Assembly: GCA_964397135.1 (NCBI GenBank)
Contig: CAYNHM010000023.1
Location: 1,323 to 65,322, forward strand
Direction: 5' to 3'
Origin: an uncultured Rikenellaceae bacterium
GTDB lineage: Bacteria; Bacteroidota; Bacteroidia; Bacteroidales; Tenuifilaceae
Length of the DNA stretch: 64,000 nucleotides
The notes under the pieces were generated by a model that worked only from the letters and a program-made list of their open reading frames with translations, did not search any database and was not told the origin of the DNA. Within the stretch, counting starts at the first letter, position 1. Each line of letters begins with the position of its first letter. Both the position numbers and the translations under genes were made by a program. Positions 19,993 through 30,900 of this stretch are shown piece by piece.

Positions 19993-22900
19993 TTAAATTC
20001 TTCTAGCTCCTTGTCAAATTGTTCCATAATATAGTCACATCCATGACTAAACAACGGGATTTCTCCGGGTTCATTGATTGTAACAAATCGGTGTTTGCTT
20101 TTACTCACATTTTTGGGCAGAAGTGATATGGCCTCGTTTCTAACATCATCAATGTCGTTTAGTCCGTTTAATCCAAACAATTTCAATAGGTCGATTAGCT
20201 GTACGATGCTTGTTTTTTCAACCCTGGGCTTTAGTCCAGCCTCGAATTCCTGAATAAACCTTTGCGAGTTGGTAAACGAGCCTCCTGTTTCGTACCAAAA
20301 CGATGATGGAAGTATGAGGTTTGCCATTTGGGCTGTTTCGGTCATAAAGGCATCCTGAACAACAATAAATTCTGCCTTTGAGAGTACTCCCGAAATCTTT
20401 TTGCTAGTATCCGAACAACCTACCGGGTCCTCTCCAAAGATAAAAATATTCTGGAAATCAGCTTTGTAGAACCTCTCGCTAAAGCATTCCTTTTCGGGAT
20501 TTGGGTTCGTACTAACACCCCATTGTTCTTTCAACTTTTCAGCAAAATCTTTACTTGAAATGCTTTGGATTCCAACCCCAGTACTGGGTCGAACTCCCAT
20601 ATCGAAAATTCCTTGCGAGTTGTTCTTGCTCTTCAGAGCTATAATACCAGTGGCTGTTTTACCAAGTTTACCAGTAATTAATGCCAGATTTCGAATTTCT
20701 ATAGCGGTTTGCTGGTCAATTTCTCTCTCCGAGAAGATCAGAATTGCATTCAACTCCTTGTTAAATCTATCGGCAAATTCCTCTATACACCTACCGGTGC
20801 AATCGCAAGCTTGCTTGCAAAGTTCACTGTAATTTTTGGCCAAAAGATTCGTTTTGTACTCCTCAAATTGCTCGCAGTTATCGTTTATGAATAGATTGTT
20901 CTGTAGGTTATTCGAGAGTATGTAGTGATTTACTGCCTGAACGAAATGGAAGTATGAATTAATATGGTGGAAACCTCTGGCTTTTCTTTTTAAACGAGGA
21001 ATGTTTTGTGTTGAAATTACTTCGAACGGTACCTTGGCCGAGTTAATCATGTATCCCACAACAGGGTTGTACCTGTCTATCTCTGAGCCAAACAGGAAGA
21101 CTTTACTCGATTTTTTTATTTGTTCAAAGGGAACGTTATGTGTTGAAATGTTAGCAAGGTTCGATGCCCCATGAAGATAGTGGAAGCTGTTGACGTTGTT
21201 GGTTTTAACCCCGGCACGAGCAAATTTCTGGATAAGGTACAATTCTTCGTTGGTTAGCCTTGCACCTGCAAAAAAAGCATTTTTACTGAATTCTGTTGTT
21301 TTTATTTTTTCTTCCATTAACTTGTATGCATCCTCGAATGTAATTTCTCGGTACGAACCATTCTCTTTTACCAATGGCTTTGTTATTCTGTCGGTTCTAT
21401 TGAAAATTCTGTATCCAAATTTTCCATACATACACAAGTTGCCATCGGCATTTACCATTCCCTCGGCACCGGTAACCTTCATAATAAAACCACCCCTGTG
21501 ATGAAAGGTAAGTTTACAGCCAACAGAACAGTAGGTACAAATTGTTTCAAACGAATCCATTTTAACAGGACCAGGTTTAAACGGAACGTTTTCGGTGAGT
21601 GCACCGGTTGGGCATGCCGATAGGCAAAGTCCGCAACTTTCGCAAGTTGTATTGTTTAAATCGTTACCCATTGAAGGGGCAACATAGGTTTCGAACCCGC
21701 GATTGATAAGTGTTAAAGCGTTAGCTCCCACAATCTCTTTGCAAATTCGGATACAACGTGAGCATAGAATACACTTGTTGTTATCTATTTCGATGAAAGG
21801 ATGGTTGAAATTCACCTGGTATTCCTTATGCTCTCCAGCAAAACGTTGCTGGTCAGCATTGTAATTATCTGCATGCTCTTTTAGGCTGCAATCGAAGTAG
21901 GCAACGCATCCGCACTCGAGGCAGCGGCTCGTTTCGTGAAGGGCTTGCTCCTCGCTATAGCCCAACTCCACTTCGTGGAAATTATTTCGTTTATTGGTTT
22001 CAAGCACAGGCATCTCCTCGCGAAGCTGTTTTTGGTAGCGACCAAGGTAATCGTCTGATTCCTGCGTTTTAAAATTATCCTTCTTGCTTAAAAACTCCTT
22101 TTTAGGTGGTTTTACCTCTTGTCCGTTAAGGAACAGGTGGCAGCAATGCGAAGCCAGCTTTGCTTGCGCAATGGCCTCGATAATGGTTGCCGGGCCAGTT
22201 ACCCCATCGCCAGCAGCAAACACCGATGGAATATCGGTTTGTAGTGTATCTGGGTTAGCCGCAATATCGCCCCACTTGTTAGGTTTAAGATAGCCACCCT
22301 TGGCGTGTGTATTGATATCATCCAAAAAGTTGATATCGGTTTTCTGGCCAATGGCCGCCAGAATGTAGTCAAACTCAAGGTCCTTTTCCGACCCTTCAAT
22401 GGCAACAGGTCTCCGACGCCCCGAAGCATCGGGCTCACCCAGTTCCATCTCAACCACGGTGAGAGATTTTAACTTACCCAATTCATCCTTATTCACCTTA
22501 ACCGGTGCGGTTAAAAACATATACTTTACACCCTCCAACTTTGACTCGTGAATCTCAATGGGATTGGCGGGCATCTCCTTCTCGGTACGGCGATAAACTA
22601 CGGTAACATCGGTGCTTCCGCAGCGAATTGAGGTACGACAGCAGTCCATTGCCGTATTTCCACCACCTACCACGGCCACTTTTTTGCCCTTGAAGTCGTA
22701 ACGCTGACCTGTAACCTCCATATTTCGAAGAAAATCGATTCCAGAGAAAACGCCCTCAGCATCCTCTCCCACTGCACCCAAAAGCGCTCCGCGCTGTGAG
22801 CCTATGGTTAGTATGGTTGCATCGTAATTGTCGGAAATCTCCTTGTACGAAAGGTTATCTCCTAACTTCTTATTGTAGAAGATATTAACACCCAACTCGG

Positions 22901-23669
22901 TAACAGCATCAACCTCTTGTTGGAGCAAATCGTTGGGGAGTCTGTACTCGGGTATGCCGTAACGCAACCAGCCACCAGCGTAGGGTTGCGCCTCGTAAAT
23001 ATCGCATTGATGACCTTTCTGTTGAAGAAAGTATGCAGCGGAGAGTCCACCGGGACCAGCTCCAATAATTGCCACTTTTTTCCCTGTTGATGGAGCAATT
23101 TCAGGAATATAGTGTGTTTCAGAATCCAGATCAGCATCAGCAGCAAAGCGTTTCATGTAATCGATACCAACACCTGTGCCTTCGTCAAGAAGGTTACGCC
23201 TGCAAGCAACCTCACATGGGCGAACGCACACACGTCCACAAATTGCTGGAAGTGGATTGGTTTGCTTGATAACTTTTACAGCTTCGCTGTATAGTCCCTT
23301 TTCAATTAGTGAAATATAACCCTGTACATCAACACCAGCAGGACAACGTTCACGGCAGGGAGCAACGCAATCAGCGTAGTGGTTGCTCAAAATCAAATCC
23401 AATGCTGTTTTACGAGCCCTGTGAACACGTTCGTTATCAGTATTAATGGTCATACCTTCTGCTACTCTTGTTGAGCAAGATGGTTGAAGGTTTCGTTGCC
23501 CTTCAATCTCAACCACACAAAGGTAACAGGAAGAATAGGGCTCAAGGCGAGGATCATGACAAAGCGTTGGAATCTCAATACCTTGGCGTTTGGCGACTTC
23601 CAGGATGTACTCTCCCTTGTTTGCAGCTGTAGGTTTTCCGTTAAGAATTATATTGATTTTTTCACTCAT
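19989..23669 (-). CDS. Fusion oxidoreductase: [2Fe-2S] ferredoxin + GltD/NfnB-like NAD(P)H-FAD module + NuoG-type Fe-S clusters + degenerate molybdopterin (FdhA/NuoG-like) domain
   Basis: N-terminal C-x..-C-x2-C 2Fe2S; CRERCPAG...CGRVCVRPCE; GAGPGGL and GGGNTAMD dinucleotide folds; HPFIEIDNNKCILCSRCIRIC; CESCGLCLSACP; CTYCSVGC...C Mo-pterin-type 4Fe4S; LIQKFARAGVKTNNV block. Confidence 0.8.
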   Translation of the reverse strand: MSEKINIILNGKPTAANKGEYILEVAKRQGIEIPTLCHDPRLEPYSSCYLCVVEIEGQRNLQPSCSTRVAEGMTINTDNERVHRARKTALDLILSNHYADCVAPCRERCPAGVDVQGYISLIEKGLYSEAVKVIKQTNPLPAICGRVCVRPCEVACRRNLLDEGTGVGIDYMKRFAADADLDSETHYIPEIAPSTGKKVAIIGAGPGGLSAAYFLQQKGHQCDIYEAQPYAGGWLRYGIPEYRLPNDLLQQEVDAVTELGVNIFYNKKLGDNLSYKEISDNYDATILTIGSQRGALLGAVGEDAEGVFSGIDFLRNMEVTGQRYDFKGKKVAVVGGGNTAMDCCRTSIRCGSTDVTVVYRRTEKEMPANPIEIHESKLEGVKYMFLTAPVKVNKDELGKLKSLTVVEMELGEPDASGRRRPVAIEGSEKDLEFDYILAAIGQKTDINFLDDINTHAKGGYLKPNKWGDIAANPDTLQTDIPSVFAAGDGVTGPATIIEAIAQAKLASHCCHLFLNGQEVKPPKKEFLSKKDNFKTQESDDYLGRYQKQLREEMPVLETNKRNNFHEVELGYSEEQALHETSRCLECGCVAYFDCSLKEHADNYNADQQRFAGEHKEYQVNFNHPFIEIDNNKCILCSRCIRICKEIVGANALTLINRGFETYVAPSMGNDLNNTTCESCGLCLSACPTGALTENVPFKPGPVKMDSFETICTYCSVGCKLTFHHRGGFIMKVTGAEGMVNADGNLCMYGKFGYRIFNRTDRITKPLVKENGSYREITFEDAYKLMEEKIKTTEFSKNAFFAGARLTNEELYLIQKFARAGVKTNNVNSFHYLHGASNLANISTHNVPFEQIKKSSKVFLFGSEIDRYNPVVGYMINSAKVPFEVISTQNIPRLKRKARGFHHINSYFHFVQAVNHYILSNNLQNNLFINDNCEQFEEYKTNLLAKNYSELCKQACDCTGRCIEEFADRFNKELNAILIFSEREIDQQTAIEIRNLALITGKLGKTATGIIALKSKNNSQGIFDMGVRPSTGVGIQSISSKDFAEKLKEQWGVSTNPNPEKECFSERFYKADFQNIFIFGEDPVGCSDTSKKISGVLSKAEFIVVQDAFMTETAQMANLILPSSFWYETGGSFTNSQRFIQEFEAGLKPRVEKTSIVQLIDLLKLFGLNGLNDIDDVRNEAISLLPKNVSKSKHRFVTINEPGEIPLFSHGCDYIMEQFDKELEEFK

Positions 23670-23732
23670 TTCTGCTATTTTTTTTTGCTAGAGCGCAAAA
23701 GCAAAGAATTATTTATAAGCTAAAAACAAATT

Positions 23733-25511
23733 TTACGAAATCTTTATGGCATCGAATTTACACCTGCTGTAGCAATCGCCACAACGGATGCAGATTTCTT
23801 GATTAATAAAATGTGGCATTTTCTTCTCTCCGGTAATAGCTTGAACCGGACATTTAATGGCACAAACCCGGCAACCCGTACACTTGGCTGGATCAATCTC
23901 GTATGTAAGCAGTGCCTTGCAGCTCAAAGCAGGACATTTTTTATCGTAAATATGTGCTTCATATTCATGCCTAAAATACTTTATGGTTGTAAGAACAGGG
24001 TTTGGGGCAGTTTGTCCTAATCCACAAAGGGAACTATCCTTAATCTGATGTGCCAATTCCTCAAGCTTTTCGATATCGCCCTCGACTCCTTTACCCAAAG
24101 TTATACGAGTAAGTATTTCTAGCATTCGCTTAGTGCCTATACGGCAGAAAGTGCACTTGCCACACGATTCTTTCTGGGTAAAATCGAGGAAAAATCTTGC
24201 AACATCCACCATGCAAGTGGTTTCGTCCATAACCACCATACCACCTGAACCCATTATGGCACCAGTAGCAGTTACCTTATCATAATCAATTTCAGTATCG
24301 ATAAGATGTTTTGGAATACAGCCACCTGATGGTCCTCCCATCTGAACGGCTTTAAATTCCTTATCGTTTTGAATTCCCCCTCCCAGACTATAAATAATCT
24401 CACGAATAGTCATACCCATGGGTACTTCAACCAAACCACCATGCTTGATTTTACCTGTTATGGCAAAAACCTTTGTTCCTTTGCTTTTTTCAGTACCATA
24501 TTTATTAAACGATTCGGCTCCACGGTAAATAATAAAGGGTATGTTGGCAAAAGTTTCAACGTTGTTTATATTTGAAGGTTTACGCCAAAGACCTGCTTCA
24601 GCAGGGAAAGGTGGACGTTTACGGGGCATTCCTCTTTCACCCTCAATGGATGCGATTAGGGCTGTCTCCTCACCACATACGAATGCGCCAGCTCCCTCTT
24701 TTACGTAAATATCAAGGTTCAAACCCTCAATTCCACAGATATTTATACCTAAGAAACCTGCTTTTCGTGCTTGTTCAAGCGCAATATTTAATCGCTTAAT
24801 AGCCAACGGATACTCAGCCCGACAGTAGATTACACCATGGTTTGCACCAATGGCGTAAGCGCCAATTATCATACCTTCCAACACGGAATGTGGATCTCCC
24901 TCAAGCAGCGAACGATCCATGAATGCACCCGGATCTCCCTCATCAGCATTACAAATAATGTATTTATCATCCGCTTTATTATTTCGGGCAAATCGCCATT
25001 TTAAGCCCGTTGAAAAACCACCACCTCCTCGTCCTCGAATACCAGAATCAAGAACTGTTTGTATTACTTCTTCAGGTGTTATTTTACTTTCAGCAATCTT
25101 TTTCAATGCTTTATAACCATCTCTTGCTTCGTATTCCTGCAAATTTTCAGGATCAATATAACCGCAATTGCGAAGTGCAATCTTTACCTGTCCCTGAAAA
25201 AAATTCTTGTCGGGGGTTTCAAAAAGATCAGTTTTTACCACATATTCTTTTATGGGATTATGCCCAATTATGTGGTTCTGAATTATTTCAACTGCTCTAT
25301 CCTCGGTTACATCACCATAGGTAAATGAACCTATATCGTCAACAACTTCAACAAGGGGTTCACGAAAGCACATGCCCACGCAGCTGGTTTTCTTTAGCTC
25401 AAAATCGAGCGTATCGGATTTTTGGAGCGCAAGTATCTTTTCATACACCTTACCAGCTCCAGCTGCTATACCGCAGCTTCCCAACCCGACTATAACCTTT
25501 GTTTTAGACAT
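23733..25511 (-). CDS. NuoF/HydB-like NADH-binding FMN flavoprotein, with an N-terminal thioredoxin-like 2Fe2S and a C-terminal 2x[4Fe-4S]
   Basis: GRGGGGFSTG FMN/NADH block, ESCGKCTFCR N3-cluster motif, and CTGCRVCAIKCP and CIRCGDCYSRC ferredoxin motifs. Confidence 0.9.
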   Translation of the reverse strand: MSKTKVIVGLGSCGIAAGAGKVYEKILALQKSDTLDFELKKTSCVGMCFREPLVEVVDDIGSFTYGDVTEDRAVEIIQNHIIGHNPIKEYVVKTDLFETPDKNFFQGQVKIALRNCGYIDPENLQEYEARDGYKALKKIAESKITPEEVIQTVLDSGIRGRGGGGFSTGLKWRFARNNKADDKYIICNADEGDPGAFMDRSLLEGDPHSVLEGMIIGAYAIGANHGVIYCRAEYPLAIKRLNIALEQARKAGFLGINICGIEGLNLDIYVKEGAGAFVCGEETALIASIEGERGMPRKRPPFPAEAGLWRKPSNINNVETFANIPFIIYRGAESFNKYGTEKSKGTKVFAITGKIKHGGLVEVPMGMTIREIIYSLGGGIQNDKEFKAVQMGGPSGGCIPKHLIDTEIDYDKVTATGAIMGSGGMVVMDETTCMVDVARFFLDFTQKESCGKCTFCRIGTKRMLEILTRITLGKGVEGDIEKLEELAHQIKDSSLCGLGQTAPNPVLTTIKYFRHEYEAHIYDKKCPALSCKALLTYEIDPAKCTGCRVCAIKCPVQAITGEKKMPHFINQEICIRCGDCYSRCKFDAIKIS

Positions 25512-25613
25512 CTATTTATTATTTATATGGAATACAGATTTAGGTAATCCTTATGTTTTTGCTTTGCTGAAGGTAAGAAAATACTTCATGTTTATGATTC
25601 GAACCCCTCCACA

Positions 25614-26144
25614 TTAGGATTCAGTTTCTTTTATTTTAATATCCTTGATTACTTTCACTGCACTTGCTTTTGTAAGTTTTCCATGAGTTTCTTCTCCAAT
25701 CATCATAACTGGGGCGAGCGAACAGCATCCAAGACAAGCAACTGACTCGAGTGTAAATAGTTTATCGGGTGTGGTCTCCCCGTCCTTAACTCCAAGGGCT
25801 TCCTGAATAGCATCAGTTATGGAGTCGGCATTTTGAACGTGACATGCAGTGCCATGGCAAACCTTAATGATATGCTTGCCCGCAGGTACTAACCTAAATT
25901 GAGCATAGAAAGTTGCCACACCATACAAATCGCTAAGGCTAAGCCCTGTCTCATCCGAAATTTTTTTGAAAACATCAACAGGTATATAGCCATATATATT
26001 CTGAGCTCCCTGTAATAAAGGAATCAGACTTCCTTTCTTACCTTTAAACTTATCAATTAAAGGTAAAAGCAGATTTAGGTCGATATTATCAACGATCTGA
26101 TTATTATCATGCTTTGGTTTAATTCTTTGAATACGCATTGACAA
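25614..26144 (-). CDS. NuoE/HydC-like thioredoxin-fold [2Fe-2S] subunit
   Basis: CHGTAC ... CLGCCSLAP cluster motif. Size and position fit a location upstream of the NuoF-like gene. Confidence 0.9.
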   Translation of the reverse strand: MSMRIQRIKPKHDNNQIVDNIDLNLLLPLIDKFKGKKGSLIPLLQGAQNIYGYIPVDVFKKISDETGLSLSDLYGVATFYAQFRLVPAGKHIIKVCHGTACHVQNADSITDAIQEALGVKDGETTPDKLFTLESVACLGCCSLAPVMMIGEETHGKLTKASAVKVIKDIKIKETES

Positions 26145-26293
26145 CTTCTTTTATATACTTTACGACGTTTTAAAAGTAAGGATTTGATTTTTATTATTGA
26201 ACAAGGAATAAAAATTTTAACTCCCGACCTAAAGAATCATAAAAGTTATGTAATCTATATTCCTTGTTCATAAATTGTTTGTTAGTGAAGAAA

Positions 26294-27754
<1,461 letters not shown>

Positions 27755-27923
27755 TCAGGCATTTACTGATTTTTCATATCAGGGTTTTACTTAAATTGTA
27801 TCCGTAAAACACGTAATTGCCAATTAACCCATCCTGATTAAAAAAAAACAATGTATATTGGGAAGTTAAGAGGGCAACTGAAAGCCAGTATAAAAGGGGA
27901 TATATTAACGAAACAATGTCATT

Positions 27924-30900
27924 ATGGGCAGCAGTTCATCGTCACAAGAGGACTTCTACAAGCTTCTTGCTGAAAGCAAGGAAAGGTTAAAAGAACTTTC
28001 TGCAATTAACCGAACAACTTCAATTATAAAAGAAGGTCGAACTGTTGAAGGCACACTTCGTCAAATATGTTTAATTCTTCCAGATGCATGGCAATTTCCT
28101 CAATTCACAGTTGCTCGTATTAAGTATCAAAAGATGGAGTTTACCTCTGTAGGTTTTGAAGAAACTCCCTGGGTTCAAATTCAAGAATTTTCTACTATCG
28201 ATGGTGAGAAGGGAAGTGTTGAAATATTCTATACTCGTGAATTTCCTGAAGAATATGAAGGACCTTTCCTGAAAGAGGAACGAGATTTAATTCAAAACTT
28301 AACTAATCTAATAGTTGGTTACCTTAACTCCATAAAAGGAAAAGACTTTGTAAAAGAGGTTAAAATTCCCAAAAAACCAGTTGAATCAGAAGGAGTTCAC
28401 ACCAGAAAAAGACTTTTACAGAAATTCATCAATCAGCATAATTCTGACCGTGATATCTATCACGATTTAATGCCATTTAAAGTAAAGGAAATATTACTTA
28501 TAGCAAATCTATACGATGCATACAATCTAGAAAAAGAGGATAGAGTAACCGATAACATACTTGGCGAATACTCAAAATTAAGTTTAACCAGTGTACCAAG
28601 AATAACGGGTGTATCAACGCTAGAGGAAGCGCTGGAAAAAATGGAGGAGAAGCATTTCAACATGGTTATCATCATGATGGGTGCTGATAGGGTCACGCCG
28701 TTGGAGGTGGCAAAACGGATTAAAGGCGAATATAACTACATCGCTTTATATCTTCTGGTTAATAACTCAGCCGTTCTTAACGAGATGGAGAAGAATCCTT
28801 TGACCTTAGAAAGCATTGATAAAGTGTTTGAATGGAATGGAGATCCAAAAATATTCTTCTCAATAATTAAACTTCTTGAGGATAAGGTAAACCTCGAAAA
28901 TGATACAAGAATAGGCCTTACAAGAATTATACTTCTAGTTGAGGATTCACCAAGGTACTATTCAAGATACCTACCTGTTCTCTACAGCAGCATCCTTGAA
29001 CAGACCAAGCGTATTATTGAGGACGTGAGCACCGATGATCTCTACAAAGTGCTTAGAATTAGAATTCGACCCAAGGTTTTACTAACCGGAAATTACGAGG
29101 AGGCCATTGAAATTTTCAAGCGATATAAGGATTTTATGCTCTGCGTAATTTCAGATGTTAAGTTTTTTCACAAAGGGAAACTTGACGAAAATGCTGGAAT
29201 TAACCTTATCACAGAAATCCGTAAAACACTGCCCAACTTACCAGTAATCATGCAATCGTATGAGCAAAGTAACGAATTCAAAGTTAAGCTGCTGAACGAA
29301 AAGTTTGCGGGCATACGCAACGAACCAATTTTTGAAGATTTAATCAATATCGCCTTTATCAATAAGAACTCTGACAGCTTAATGCAAGAACTTAAAAATT
29401 TTATTAGCAACTACTTAGGATTTGGCGATTTTGTATTCAAGGATGCAATCGGTCAACCCATTGCAACAGCTACCAGCATGGAAGAATTTGAAAAGATTCT
29501 TAGGGATATTCCTGGAGAAAGTATTCTTTACCATGCCGAGAAGAATCACTTCTCTCTTTGGCTTTCTGCCAGAGGGGAAATTAACGTTGCTCGTATCATT
29601 CACCCCTCTAGCATAAACGACTTCTCGGGTCCGGAAGAAATTAGAACTTACCTCCTTACTACTTTAAAGAAATACCGCCAAGAGCAACGCAAAGGTAAGA
29701 TTGTAAGCTTTGAAACGGCATGGGAAGTGGATTCAAGCAATATAGTTTCTTTAGCGGAAGGCTCAGTGGGAGGTAAAGGGCGGGGTATCTCTTTTATAAA
29801 CACTTTGCTTTATACTTTCGAGATTTCACAGTATGTTCCTAATATCAATCTCTACAGTCCAAGAACATCAATAATAGGTATCAACGAGTACGAATGCTTT
29901 ATGCAGCGTAATGGGTTGTACGAAAAGGTTTTTTCTGAAACTGACTACAATCGGATTATGCAGTATTTCCTTGAAGGAGAGCTATCCGATCAACTCATTA
30001 CCAGATTAGAAAGGCTCCTGCAAATATATTATCGTCCGTTAGCTATCCGTTCTTCTGGGTTACTGGAAGACTCACTCATGCAACCTTTTGCAGGCATATT
30101 CGAAACTTACCTGATACCAAATAACCACCCCGATCCCAAGGTACGCCTTAAACAAACAATGGATGCAATTAAGTTGGTTTATGCCTCCGTTTTTTCAGAT
30201 ACTGCTCGAGGGTACATAAAAGCTGTTAACTTCAAAATTGAAGACGAAAAGATGGCTGTGATAATTCAGGAAGTCGTGGGAAATAAATATGGTGATTACT
30301 ACTATCCGCATATTAGCGGTGTGGCTCAATCATACAACTATTATCCTTATGGTCATATTAAACCTGAGGATGGCTTTGCCACAGTTGCTCTAGGTTTGGG
30401 TAAATATGTAGTGGAAGGAGAAAAAGCGTTCCGATTCTGCCCCAAATATCCTACGTTAATGAACTATACCCCGGCAGATCTTGTTAAAAACTCACAAACC
30501 GAATTCTTTGCCATTGATCTTAAAAGACATGATATTAATCTGTTGACTGACGGTGATGTTGCTGGGTTGTCAAGGTTAAACCTCTTCGAAGCTGAAGAGC
30601 ATGGCACCATAAAGCACTGCGCTTCGGTTTACAATCCCGAAAACAATACCATTACACCTGGATTATCGCAGCCCGGATCAAGAGTTCTTAACTTTGCCAA
30701 CATTTTAAAATATAATTATATACCCCTTGCACAAACAATTCAGGTTGTTCTTGAAGTGGTTGAGGAAGCCCTTGGCTCACCCTGTGAAATTGAATTTGCT
30801 GTCGATTTAAATCGTGATATCAACTATAAGGCATCCTTTTTCTTACTGCAGATAAAACCCATGGTTGGCAATACAGAAGAGTATAAAATATTCCCTGAAA

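Noticed and set aside
19989-23669. Selenocysteine recoding (in-frame TGA) in the formate-dehydrogenase-like fusion protein
   Set aside because: The ORF is uninterrupted, and the position homologous to Sec/Cys is an ordinary Leu codon. No recoding is needed.
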